DNA from: Stegostoma tigrinum
Lineage: Eukaryota
Direction: 5' to 3'
Assembly: GCF_030684315.1 (NCBI RefSeq)
Contig: NC_081373.1
Coordinates: 51,136,864 to 51,200,863, forward strand
DNA length: 64,000 bases
The notes below the pieces were generated by a model that saw only the letters and a program-made list of their open reading frames with translations, did no database searches and was not told where the DNA came from. Shown here one piece after another: positions 51,386 to 64,000 of the stretch (position 1 is its first letter; every line of letters begins with the position of its first letter). Position numbers and translations under genes: made by a program.

Positions 51386-52239
51386 AAGCTCTGACATTCT
51401 TAAAAGCAAATTCAAGATGCAAATTGACTGTTTTAAAAGCTACACCGTCCAATGAATAGGGTGAATGGCCTGCTTCTTTTGCCTGCCAGTATCCGTAACA
51501 GGGGGTTAGATCGGCTGTGAATTCACACCTCTGGACTTAAAGTATTGGTCACATAATCTGCCCTATCAAGTTCCCACTGAGGGAGGCTTTCAGGCTAGAA
51601 ACAGAACCTCACGAAGCTTATCTTTGAACACAGCAACTTCACAAACAGTGACCAGAACAGGTTCATCAGGCATTGATTTATTATCTCCTATATCCTCACT
51701 TCTTTCACTCACACAGGCACAGAGTTATCCTGCACTTCTGCAGATACTATACAGCAGCAACAACCAAACAACAGTTTTGATCATCTCAAAAGCATCTGAG
51801 GAATATGTAGAGAGACTTGTGTTTCAAATTACATTTACAGACAATATGTTTAAATGCAATTCCTCAAATAGGTGTTGAACTCATTGAATTACAAGACCAG
51901 AATTGGACATTAATCAAACAAAGTGGTATCTTAATTGTCAAATGAAAACTTCAATTGTTGCTAGTCAGCTCTGACCATCTCATTTACAGCACGTAAGAAC
52001 ACACTCGAAAAATCCAACCCTTGGGGAAGAAAAATGACTTGTATTTCTTTCATTCTCTCAGGATATTCCAAGATGCTTTAACAGCCATCGAAGGACTTTC
52101 CAAAGATAGTCAGCATTGTAACACAGGAAACTGGGCTGTTAATTTACGTAGAGATAACTCCCATAAACAACAATGAGGGAAAGACATCCGAGGCTCAATG
52201 GTAACGCAGAAAAACATGGTGTTCTGGACAACATCTAAC

Positions 52240-52745
52240 GTTGCATATTCTCTGTGTCTGCATGGGTTTCCTCTGAGTGGTCTGTTTCCTCCCACAGTCC
52301 AAAGATGTGCAGGTTAGGTAGATTGGCCATGCTAAAATTGCCTATTGTATCCAGGGATATGCAAGCTAGATGAATTACCCATGGGAAATGCAGGGTTACA
52401 GGGATAGGGTAGGGGGGGAATTGTGATCAGAGATAATGCGAACTGCAGATGCTGGAGAATCCAAGTTAACAAAGTATGAAGCTGGATGAACACAGCAGGC
52501 TAAGCAGCATCTTAGGAGCACAACAGCTGATGTTTCAGGCTTAGATGCTCTCTGATGAAGGGTCTAGGCCCGAAACATCAGCTGTCGTGCTCCTAAGATG
52601 CTGCTTGGCCTGCTGTGTTCATCCAGCTTCACACTTAGTTATCTAGGGTAGGGGGGGTTGGGTCTGAGTGGGATGCTCTTCAGACAGTTTGATATGGACT
52701 CGATGGACGGAATATCCTGCATCCACACTGTTGGGATTCTATGAA
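52240..52745 (+). mobile_element. HE1-type SINE split by a palindromic PLE insertion (52419-52643)
   Basis: 14-bp TSD tagggtaggggggg at 52405-52418 and 52644-52657. Confidence 0.9.
52549..52583 (+). ncRNA. Hammerhead motif in the palindromic PLE insertion
   Basis: ct CTGATGA a gggtc ta ggccc GAAA ca TC ag. Confidence 0.6.
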
Positions 52746-53299
52746 AGCTGGGAAAAATTCCTGCTTTCAAATAGTGACAAGAATCTTTTTACCTCCATTT
52801 GAGAGACCTTGTTTGCGTGATAGCACCATCAACAATGCAGCACTCCCTCAGTATAATGAGTCCCATTTTAAGTTGTCCCACTTTAAAGTTGATCAGTGAA
52901 TGGGGTCCATATTCACATTTTGAGTTTTGTTTTGGATCTGATGCAAGTTTACCGGACATGATCTGCACTATTCTGAAGTGGCCTCTCCTGCCACCTGACA
53001 CTGCCTCTCACTGCTAAGCCAATGCTTCTCGGGCAGGCAGCAAGGTAAAAAGTCAGGGAAATGGAGAGGCAGGGAGCTGGAAGATCAGTGAAGGGGAGGG
53101 AAGCGAACTGGAGACTAAGCGACAGTGTAGAGGAGAGGTACGGGCAAACAGCCAAACTGGTAGAAAATTCAACATTTCTGTGTTTACTTTGTTTTAATTT
53201 ACAAGTAATTTCATTTTGTTTTCCTTGGGGAAAAGGCAGCTGAGAGCAATAGGGATATTCTGATTGGCTTTGATAAAGGGACTGAAGGTGGCTGCATTT

Positions 53300-54130
53300 G
53301 TGATGACAGGTGAAAACTGAAGTTGTGAACAGGGCATACTGTGCAAATGGAAACAGGTAGAATAAGATGAAGGGGGAAGAAAGGGCAGATGGAATATCAT
53401 GTGACAATATGTGAGGCTGTCCACCTTTGGAAGGAATATTATTTAAACTAAGACAGTACAAAACTTTGAACTACAGACTGATCTGAATTACAAAAAGTTA
53501 CAGCAAATGATTAGGAAGGCAAACTTAACTTGTTGTTTATGACAAGTTGAATAGCTAATAACAACAAGAATGTTCTGCCAGAGTTGTATGGGCTGTCGGC
53601 AAGACCATAACTAGAGCATTGTGCACACGTTTTGTTCCCTTATCTATAAATAACACATACAATATAAAATAATAAAGAATATAAATGCATCAGAAGCAGT
53701 TCAGAGAGGGTTCACTTCAGCAAGACCAGGGATGCTGGGGGAGAACGAGCTTGGTCAGGTGGGCCATGTACCAATGCTGCTCAGAAGACTGAGAAGTAAT
53801 ATTACTGAAACACAGAAGATCCTGTAGGGGAACTTCAGAGAATGGACGCTGAAAGGATGTCTGTCCTTGGGAGAGACTAGACCAGGAGGACACAGCTTGA
53901 AAATAAGAGATCACCCATTTGAGAGAGATGAGGAGAAAGGTTTCTCTCTCAGAGGATGGGAGGGGTTTTGCAAATCTAGGGGCAGGGTTAGGGACACGTT
54001 TAAGGCAGATGGGAGAGATTCTTTACTAACAAGGGCATGAGGGATTAATGGTGATAGGCAAGAGACCACAAACAGATCAGACATGGAACACAAGGAGCTG
54101 AATGGACTGTTCCTGTTTCTAGCTCATAAG
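53300..54130 (+). mobile_element. Heavily decayed CR1
   Basis: gggcagatggaatatcatgtgacaatatgtgagg...gaagcagttcagagagggttcac...gctgaatggactgttcctgtt. Confidence 0.65.
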
Positions 54131-54643
54131 TATGTCAGCCTGAATCCAGGCAGAGGACAATTTACCATATTACGTGGGAAAGTAAACCATAGGTGCCAGA
54201 TTCCTGGAGGAGGGTTTGAACCCACAACCTTGTTACACTGGGGAGATGGTGTTAACCATCGAGCCATGACCTGTACTAGCTTCCCACAGACAGTAGTCAG
54301 CCAAGTCTTTCATTCCAGATGATCATCTTTTTCACGAAGCATTGACAGTGCTCATTAAGTAACTGAAGAAATTTAACACTTGGGCTCTGCTGATCAGACA
54401 GACGAATAATTACAAATCCGATCAAACAAAGATCAGAGCAATGACAAAGCAGCTGAAGTCTGCATTTCATACACATTCATGCTAATCTTGAACTGAGTCA
54501 GTCACCAGCCCTACTCATTTCAAGGGCAGAGGAACCAGAACAGCAGCAGTAAATAGCAAGTTGAACACCCTGTCTGTCAATTCATCAGTCTCATGTTAAA
54601 CATCCAACTCAAGGCCAGAATACATGCCCCAGCAACCTTATTC

Positions 54644-54745
54644 AGCTCTGATAAAGAGCCATCTAGACTTGAAACATTAGCTTGCTCTCTCTCCATAGAT
54701 GCCGCCTGACCTGCTGTAATTTCCAGCATTTTTGTTTTCAGTCTT
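54644..54745 (+). mobile_element. PLE pLTR fragment with a variant hammerhead
   Basis: agct CTGATAA a gagcc atcta gactt GAAA catt agct; helix I agct/agct, core decayed. Confidence 0.6.
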
Positions 54746-57700
54746 GTACAGCTGATTGTACAGACAATTCACAATGTCCTTTAGGGAAGTGACGCCATCC
54801 TTACCTTGTCTGGCCTACATGTGACTCCATACCCATGGTGGTTGACTCTTAACTCCTCTCTGGGCAATTAGGGATGGGCCATAAATGCTGCCTAGTCAGC
54901 GATGCCCTCATCCCATGAATCAAAACTAAATGTCCCAGAATAATGAGTTTTCTGTGCATCCCCTCATGCTAAATTCATGAAATAGAAACAGCAGATCAGG
55001 CAGTATCTGTAGAGGAAGGCAACCTTAACGTTACAAGTGTGACCCCTTAGTCAGAACTAAGGAAAGGCCATCTGGTGGAAAAGCTATTCTGATCACCCCC
55101 TCTCCACAGGTGCTTCCTGACCTACTGAGGTGTTTCCAAGATTATCTGCTTTCTCTGATTTCTAATTTCCAGAAGCTACAGTATTCTGTTCCCCGCTATG
55201 TCAATTGACAGCAATGTCAAGCAGAGACTGGTGAGTTCCACCAGGCGCCACTGTCTAATCCATGCACAGGTGAGTTCAAGCACCAAGTCTCCACGGAAGG
55301 AACATAGCACTGGATACAGAGAAACCTCCATTCCTGCTAATGAAAGCAGAACATCTCCTGAATTCCAGGCCCAACTCAGGTCGTTTAAGGATTGACGCAG
55401 GAGGCAGCAGACTGAAGGGGTCACTCTATTTTGAGCGTGTGCTTGTTCCTGCCTTTCCAAATCCATCCACCAGCTGTAGTTGAGACGGTATCTGTTCCGA
55501 GGCTCTGCTAAATCACACACTGACTGATGCACTACACAGAACAAGACGAAGACCCCTGTAAGCCTACATCTAGGGGAGATTAGAGACATCAGGCAGACAG
55601 GGAGACTGGACTTCACCACATCCCAGAGCCCCCCACCCCAAAAAAAGCACTGAGTGATATCTAACTGGGCAGGTCTGGAACTCGCTTGCGCTACAGGCAG
55701 GGAGGAGAAACTAATTCACTTATTTTATTTGTCTCCTCTTCTGACAACATGCAGAGATCTTTTTCTAAAATAAAACATAACGTTTCTTATTTTTCTCCTA
55801 TTTTGAAACAGACCGTTTTCCCCCCGACCCACTTGTTGGTGAAGTCTGATTTTTAAATGACCTGAAATTAATCCTCTTTGGGATTAAACAAAAGACTGGT
55901 TTATTCATGCATTCAAATGGAGGGGATGACTGTCTTAACACACAAGCATCTGAGGAAGAAAGCAAAAAGGAAGGAGGAAAGGGAAGAGGTCAAAATCAAA
56001 GAATAATTTCAATCTCAACGACGTAGACATTCACTCACTCAATCTTTGACGGAGTCATAGAGATGTACAGCATGAAAACAGACCCTTCGGCCCAACTCAT
56101 CCATGCCAACCAGATATTTTAAATTAATCTAGTACCATCCAGTTGGTCCACAGCTGTGAAGATTCCTTTCTGTAGGTGTCTGGGTTCAGGAGGGGCACAC
56201 AGCTGGCTCAGATCAAACCAAATCCTTTCAGAAGTGACCAAGTGAAGAGGTCGGTATCTACCTTTACAGCAGATACTTCAAGAATTAGGTTTCAAAGGAG
56301 ATTTACATTTGGAAGCAGACTTAGCTGAGTGGTCATGCCACCAGTTAGATTCTTAGCAGAGCAACTCGACACTGACAGCAAATAAAAGCACAGTACTGCA
56401 GGAACTCAGCAGGTCTGGCTGCATCTGTAGAGACAGAGAGACCAGTTAAGGTTTTGCGCCCGATACAGTTCTTCCTTCGAAGCCAAAGAAGAATCGTATC
56501 AGAGTTGAAACGTTAACTCTCTTCCTCTCTCATCGTTTGAAATATGTGCGGTGACAAAGCGTCACTATTAGGCTGTGCTGGCATAAAATGGACAAATGCA
56601 TCACAAAGACTTTCTGGACACAGATGTCCAAAGGAAAACTAAGATGTTGTACAACAGGTCTTTGCATCAATTGCTAACCTCCCTGAGAAGATGAGTGCTC
56701 TACCTTGAGGTAGCTGCTTGATAGAGTAGTCAGTGTGATAACAGTGGACACAGATTTCTAGATCAGAGATTACAGAACTGTGGGTCACGACCCTGAGGAG
56801 GATCATGGGGTGAGCAACTGGGGTTGTGAACCCTGAGGTGGGAGGGGCTTTAGCAATGATGGCTGTGGAGAACTGACTTCGACATAACAATCCTGGAATA
56901 GGCTGCAAACCCCCTATAAAAGGAGCATTTTTTTTAACAAATCATTCATGGGATGTCGCCGTTCCTGGCTCGGCCAGCTTTTATTATTTATCCCCAATTG
57001 CCCAGAGAGCAGTCAAAAGTCAACCACACTGCTGTGGGTCTGGAGTCACATGTAGGCCTGACCAGGTAAGGATGGTGGAACTCCTTCACTAAAGAGCATT
57101 ATGTGAACAAGACGGGGTTTCGATGGCAGTTAACTGTCCCCATGTCCCAGTTTTAACACTCACGCCAAGGACGAAGCATTACAACAGAGTCACAGCAGAA
57201 AAAGAGAATAAGTTCAGAAAACACTGATTTCAAGGACGAGATTGTCTGAAGCATATGGCTGCACAATTCAAGCGAGGAAGGGCTGGACCAAGAGAGGATC
57301 AGGAGCTAGATTAGCATTTATCTATTGCTTTAAATCATACACCGCATGTTTTATCTCTCTCAGGCCCGATCCCTTTCTCCCTTCTCAACAAGTCCCTGCG
57401 TATTTTTGAAGGAGGCAATCGGACAGAGGAATCATTTACTTGTAGCCACAAGCTCCTCACCAGTCTTGTGTAAAGGGCCTGTGAGACCGATAATCCACAG
57501 GGCTGTGCAGAAACACCAGTGTTCCTGCATGTGTCGTGTTCATGGCCTCCTGTGAAACATTCTGCTTATTCGATGGGTGCGAGTCTGTCCCAGTGTTTCG
57601 CCACAGGACTCAGCTTTGCGGAGCACCATTCATGTTGCTCATTGATTTCGTTTGTGTCTCTCTCAGGCGCCAACACTAAGCAGTAACATTTTGTCATCAT

Positions 57701-59889
57701 CCAGGTCCAACCGCTCTTCTGGCTGCCCTCCCATCTTCTGCTGTGCATAAACCTAAGCGCATGTGAGCTCCGTTTCCAAAAGCTACCTCACGATGTGTCC
57801 CACTCAACTCCAGGACTACAGCCGTCTGGAGATCTTCCAACACTCACCCTCCGTTCATTTCCCGTTCACTTGGCCCCAGTGGTGGATCAAAGTCTTGAAC
57901 CAGCGTGACCCCGCATTCTCCAAATGTCACCATAAATATTTCTGAACATTACTTCAACAACGACTTGCATTTCCACAGAGCCTTCTGTAGTGCAAAACTG
58001 TTCCAAGGTTTGTCTAAGGAGAGAATCAGAATGAGTTGCCTCCCCAACTACTTCTGCTCCATTTATAAACATATTTTGTCAAAAGTTTGGTGGTCCACCG
58101 GATGTCTTCATTTGGGGCTCAGGGCACGGGATTTTCACCTCCATCTGGGGGCACACAAAAGGTAGGCAAGCATCGAAATCTATGAATTTGCCAACACCGT
58201 TCAATCCTTTGCCCAATTTTCCCCGAGGCACCACCCACGAGGAGTGGATAACCAGCTTGGCTAAGTTAATGGGCTATTAAAGGCCGAGGGAGAACCGGAA
58301 CGTTGCGGTTGGAGAGCTGGCACTCAAGGAGCTGACATGCACGCAGAACTTTCCCCACCACGGGTCAGGCTGGAGCTGCCCTAATGAATGGATTTACCAG
58401 CTCTGAGGTAGCCTCGTTTGTAAAAATGTTCCTCAGTGTCTCTCCCCTCCCTCCCTTCTCAAACTGTAGTCTGCTGCTCTCTCTGGGGCAGAGGTTCTTC
58501 TCCAGGTTGCACTGTTTCAGGAGGCAGACTGCCATCCCTGAGCTAGACAGCAAGGGTTAGGGCGATGGCCTAATAGTATTACCTCTGGACTGCCAATCCA
58601 GAGAATCAGGTTCAAATCCCACTCGGCAGATGGTGGAATTTGAATTCAATCGAAATCTGGAATTGAGAGTTTAATGATGACCGTGAATCCATTGTCAATT
58701 GTTGGGTAAAACAACAATTAGATATTAGAAAACATTGTCCCACTCAAGAATGAACATGGATCAATTGCATTTGGAGTTCCAGAAGAAATCTATTAAATGA
58801 CACATAGAAATTTGATTATAAAACAAAGTATAGCCCCTTGCTTGAGGAGAAGGATACGTAACATTTCAGGCAACACAGACTTTTGTTTCTCACTCAGAAA
58901 CAATAACAGAAATTGCTGGAAAAGCTCAGCAGGTCTGGCAACATCTGTGGAGAGAAACCACAGTTCCCATTTTGGGTTCAGTGACCCTTTTTCAAAATGC
59001 TTCCTAAATATTAGAAAACTCCATCTGGGCAGTAAATGCTGGCCTAGTCAGAGACACCCTCATTTCCAGGATATATAAAAAAAAACAAACAGCAAGTCCA
59101 TTTTTACTGATGAGCCTGGTGACAGCCGTGTTAGTTCCCCACAGAGTGTGGAGTCATAACCCCAACTTTGAGGTCTGGGCCTCAAACACAAAATCCCTGC
59201 CCTTGATGGTAACCCGCTGTCCGACTGACTTCCTGACATCAACCTTGGAGCCGTTTAGCACATTAAAAGGCATCACAGAAATGCAAGTTGTTGTTGACGC
59301 GTTGTTCAGCACCATTGAAACTGCTACTCTGACATTTCGAGAGCTGGAGCAAGGTGTGGAGAACAAATCACAAATGAAAAGATTGGTGTGTGACAACAGA
59401 GACAACTGATCCAGCCAGTCCTGCGGTATTTACAACAGCTAATGAAAACGGCACACATTCATTTCTCTGCCATTCATATTACGTGGAAGTAATACTGCGG
59501 TTTCTCTGGACAGTAAAAAGGTTTTCGCTCCAGCTCAGCCACAGCCAAATGCAATAAACAAATACTCTGGGAAAGAAAAAGGGGAGCTAGGCAACAGATT
59601 GCAGCCTCAGCACTCACTGCTCATCTCGGAAAGCAGCCAACACCCAGCACTTTAAACACTGCAGATGACGGTCAGAGAGTCACCTCTGAGGGCACTGTCA
59701 GAAAATCGATAGGCTCCTTGGCAGATGGGGCACACATTCTGAGCGGAATAATCCATGTTCCACCAGCTAAGCAGAATCACCATGGTACCAATCTGGAGCG
59801 AACATTTGCAAAGACACTGGACTGTGAAGCAGCTGTTAATGTATATCTCCCCGATCGTTTGGCCTCAGTGATGAGTTACAATTAATCTT

Positions 59890-60065
59890 GTGGGTGTGTC
59901 TGGCTGTACATGTGCGTGTGTGTGCATGTGTCTGTCTGTGCGTGAACATGTGCGTGTGCGTGCATATGAGAGTGTGCGTGGGTCTGTGCATCTGCATGTG
60001 TGAGCGTCATGCCTGTGTGTGTGCGAGCACGCATGCGTGTCTGTGCACGTGTACGCGTGTGTGTG
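59890..60065. repeat. Degenerate (TG)n/(RY)n microsatellite
   Basis: gtgtgcgtgtgtgcatgtg... Confidence 0.9.
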
Positions 60066-61274
60066 CTTTTATATAATGTATACATGTTCAGCCTAGAGAT
60101 TGTGCACCATTCCCCGCCACTGTTTCAACCATAATTATGTACTTCCTATGCAAGGCTAGACACTGGCATCGAGGCAGACAGTACCAGGTCACAGACTTAT
60201 GGTGATGCCCAACCCCCTCAGTTGGTCATATAATGATTTGCTGCTCAAGTTGGTGTCGTACTGCCTTTCAGCACATCGCCCACTCCCAAATCCCAGCCTC
60301 CTGCCCCTTACGCATAATCCTCACAACACGTGGGGAGCAGCCCCCTACCCCATCTACACTTGCCTGCCTGCTCCATATATACCCCTCCACACTCCCTCTC
60401 CACAGTCTACCACTTTTGTTCTTTAACCCACTCCCCACTTTGAATTAGCAAGATCAGTCTCAAAGCCATTTCAGTTATAGCTGTAGCACATAGGACAGCA
60501 AATGAGTCATTGCTTTGTCCTTGCAACGCAATTTAATGGCGTAAAGGTAATGTCTTTACACAAAAAAAGAAGCTACGCTGGGAAAGGCCTTGGAAGATTT
60601 GTGAAATGGCAACAGATTACAGCGAAATGAACAAAGGGGCTGACTCTGAGAGGTACAGGTGGGAACTTAGCTCCCTCAGTGTTCTCTGTGATTTGCAGTT
60701 TATTTTCAGCTTTAACAACTCCCAAAATAATTATCCAAATGCAAACAAACATTCTCCTGTTAAAATCACACGCTCCCGTTTATTACAAGCAGCCTTAACA
60801 CCAAACTCATCCTTCCAGGTCATTTTATCCACCTGTATGGTAAAGAAAGAAGCAAACTGGATGTAACAAGAAGACACGAATCCAAAAGCACACCTTACAG
60901 ACCACGACCATCTGTCTCTTGCAAAACTGCTTTCACTCAGCCAAATGGAGAATGATTTAATCAGACAGCAAATTCATTTCTTCATCTGGCTTCAAAAAAG
61001 ACACTGAGCAAGGCTGAGTTGAAGCAATAAACATCTACATATGCAGGTCCTTCATTAAAGTAATGAGGGTAAACAGTTGAGGAGCTTTGAGACAACAATT
61101 GCTCCTTCCATTTACATAGAACCTTTGACACATCTGAAACATCCCTGGACATTTCCTAGAAGTGCTAAAGTGGTAGAGGTAACAAGGTGTAAAGCTGGAT
61201 GAACACAGCAGGGGAGGAGCAGGAAGGCTGGTGTTCTGGGCCCGCACCCTTCTTCAGAAAGAAAAGGTGATGAT

Positions 61275-63750
61275 TTTATAAGGTGCTGTTGAGGAATGCT
61301 TTTATGATGCACACTCGCCCGTAAGTCAGCCTGTAATGAGCGAGTAAGTGTGATGCCAATCAACTGAGCCACTTTGTCCTGGATGGGGTCAAGCTTCTTG
61401 AGTGTTGGTGGAGCTGTACCCACCCAGGCAAGTGGGGAGCATTCCATCACACTCCTGACTTGTGCCTTGTAGATGGTACAAAATTCCTGTTCACGTAGCC
61501 ACTGTATTTATGTTTTTTTTATAATCCATTTATGGGATAAAGACATCACTGAATAGGCCAGCATTTATGGCCCATCCCAGAGGGCAGTTAAGAGGCAACC
61601 ACATTGCTGTGGGTCTGGAGTCACATGTAGGCCAGACCAGGTGAGGATGGCACTCTCCTTCCCGAAAGGACATAATGAACCAAATGGGTTTTTCCAACAA
61701 TTAGCAATGGTTTCACTGTCATCAACAGGCTCTTAATTCCAGATATCTACTGAATTCAAATTCCAAAAAGATGCCATGGGTGGATTCGAACCCAGGTCCC
61801 CAGAACATTACCTAGGTATATGGATCGACAGTCTAGCAATAACACCACAAGGCCATCTCCTCCCCATTTATAAGGCTGGTCCAGTTCAGTTTCTGGTTAA
61901 GCGTAAAGATGTTGATAGTGAAGGGTTCAGTGATGGGCATGCCATTGAATGCCAATGGGTAATAGTTAGATTTTTCCGTATTGGAGGCGGTCATTGCCTG
62001 GCACTGGTGGCAAGTAACATTTGTGTCACATCAGCCCAAGCTTCAATGTTGTCCAGACCTTATTGCATTTGAACATGGACTGCTTCAGTATCTGAGGAAT
62101 TGCAAATGGAGCTGAACAATGTGCAATCAGCAGCTAATATCCCCACTTCTGGCCTTATAATGGACGGAAGGTCATTGATGAAGATGAAGAAGATGGTTGG
62201 ACACCATCCTGAGGAAGTCCTGCAGAGATGTTCTGGAGTTCAGATAACTGACCCCCAACAAAAATAACCAGTGCCTTTTAAAAGGACTGAAGAATTTTGC
62301 TCCAGTTTTGCTGGGGTTCTTTGATGCCACGATCTGTCGAAGGCTGCTTTGATGTCAAGGGCTGCCACTCTCACCTCACCTCTGGAATTCAGCTCTTCTG
62401 TCCGTGTTTGAACCGAGGCTGTAATGAGGTCAGGTACTGGGTAGTCCCGGTAGAAGCCACACCAACTGTCAGCAAAACAGTTGCTTTGGCTCTTTCAGTG
62501 CAATTTTACAGCACTGCGAAGAACACTATCGCTTTACTAATGAACGAGAGCAGACTGATGGGGCCGGGTTGGATTTGTCCTGCTTTTTGGTAATTTGGCA
62601 CAGGGCAATTTCCCACATTGTCAGGCAGATGCTACTGTTGTAGCTGAGTTGGTGGGGGGTGGGGGGGGGGGAGGTGGAGTAGCAAGATCTGAAACACACT
62701 TTCACCATTGTGACAGGCTGTCACCAGCTTTTGTAGCAACAAGTCCCTCAACCATTTCTTCATATCACTTGAATTGAAATGTGAATTGAAATGTGTGATG
62801 CTGCAGACCTCAGAGGGGAGGTTGAGATGAATTGTCTACATGCCACTTCTGAATGCAGCCTCAGCTTTTGCATTAATGTGCTGGGCTCCCTTATTGTTGA
62901 AGATAAGGAAATTTGTGGGTTCTCCTCTTCCAGTTAGTTTTTTAATTGCCCACCCCCAGTTCATGACTGAGCGTGGAAGGTCCCCGCTCTCTCATCCAGT
63001 GTTCTTAGCATGTACTTCCACCTTGTAACTTCACCAGGTTGTTACACTTTACCTCATCATTCAGGTATGCCTGGTGCTGCTCCTGGCGTGCCCTCCTGCA
63101 CTCTCCAGTGAGTCAGGGTTGACCCCCATCTCACTCGCAGTGACTCAGTGAAGGTTATGCCAGGCCATGAGGATGTAGACCATGTTTGAGTGCAATTTTG
63201 ATGCTGCTGGCAGCCCACAGCAACTCGTGGATTCCCGTTTTTGTGCCACTCAATCTGTTCCAAAGTTTGCACCATGGTAGTGTCGTACAGCATCACGGAG
63301 GGTCTCCTCAAAGTCAACGAGCATGTGGTGGTCATTTCTTCCAAAATTGCCACAAACAGACATATCAGCAAAAGGTGGATTGATGAGGACGAGGTCAAGC
63401 AGGCTTTTCCTGCACGTTAGTTCCCTCGCTCCCATGCACTGCTGCGCCATGCTTTAGTACTCGGCCAGCTCAGTCAGCAATGGAGCTGCCAAGCCACTCC
63501 TGGTGATGGGCATTGACGTTCCCCAGACAAAGCACATTTGGGTGCCCTTGCCAATCCCAGTGCAACATGGAGAGCAGATGCATCTGCCAAAGGGCTGGGT
63601 GGAGATGTGGGCATCATAGTATGTTCTTGCTCAAGATTAACCTGTTTCTATTAGATCACATCGTGCATGTGGTCAATACTGAGGTCCATGCAGGCCCACT
63701 CCTTCCTGGCTACATGCCACTAAGACACCATCTCTGTGGAACCCAGGGAT
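61275..63750 (-). mobile_element. Long decayed non-LTR element (same family as 5870) with a nested SINE (61515-61862)
   Basis: MECSPLAWVGTAPPTLKKLDPIQDKVAQLIG; endonuclease-end remnant LLDLVL...GRNDHHMLV; ctttgatgtcaagggc is the reverse of an ALDIK RT motif. Confidence 0.7.
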
Positions 63751-63756
63751 GGCAAT

Positions 63757-64000
63757 AGAATCACAGAATCCCTACAGTGTGGAAGCAGGCCATTTGGCCC
63801 ATCGGGTCCACACCAACCCTCCAAAGTGCATGTCAACCAGACCCACCCCTCTACCCTATCCCTATAACCCTGCATTTCCCCATGCCTAACCCACCTAACT
63901 TGCTCATCCCTGAACATTATGGGCAATTTCCCACGGCCAATCCACCTAGCCTGCATATCTTTGGACTGTGGGAGGAAACCCACGCAGATATGGGGAGAAT
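63757..64000 (-). mobile_element. HE1-type V-SINE, runs off the window
   Basis: tagaatcacagaatccctacagtgtggaagcaggcc...ggactgtgggaggaaacccacgcaga. Confidence 0.85.

Noticed and set aside
57667-57750. Strong acceptor followed by a short open frame
   Set aside because: No homology and stop codons in all frames.
59882-60085. His/Thr-rich and Cys/Val-rich ORFs
   Set aside because: Translation of a (TG)n microsatellite.

Overview
Repeat-rich, gene-poor vertebrate DNA. The repeat set (HE1-type V-SINEs, HER1/CR1 LINEs, Deu-domain SINEs, Rex1/Babar, RTE, L2 tails, many Penelope-like element (PLE) pieces) points to an elasmobranch (shark). No intact multi-exon gene is visible, and the ORF track is almost all repeat-derived or spurious. 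Four things stand out. (1) A ~3.35-kb block (25186-28540) splits an older CR1 copy, ends in a young CR1 3' end, and starts with one intact 45-nt TPCN1-like exon plus apparent downstream intron. This suggests CR1-driven retrotransposition of unspliced pre-mRNA. (2) Several PLE families carry minimal hammerhead-ribozyme motifs with covarying stems. Many occur as ~160-230-bp palindromic insertions with 9-16-bp target-site duplications (TSDs) that turn around at the ribozyme. (3) A 166-bp, ~96% identical inverted duplication of non-repeat DNA (22542-23837). (4) A CpG-rich 37-bp x16 minisatellite. Family and gene names come from recall, not database searches, and boundaries of decayed repeats are approximate. 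A 200-N gap lies at 20774-20973.
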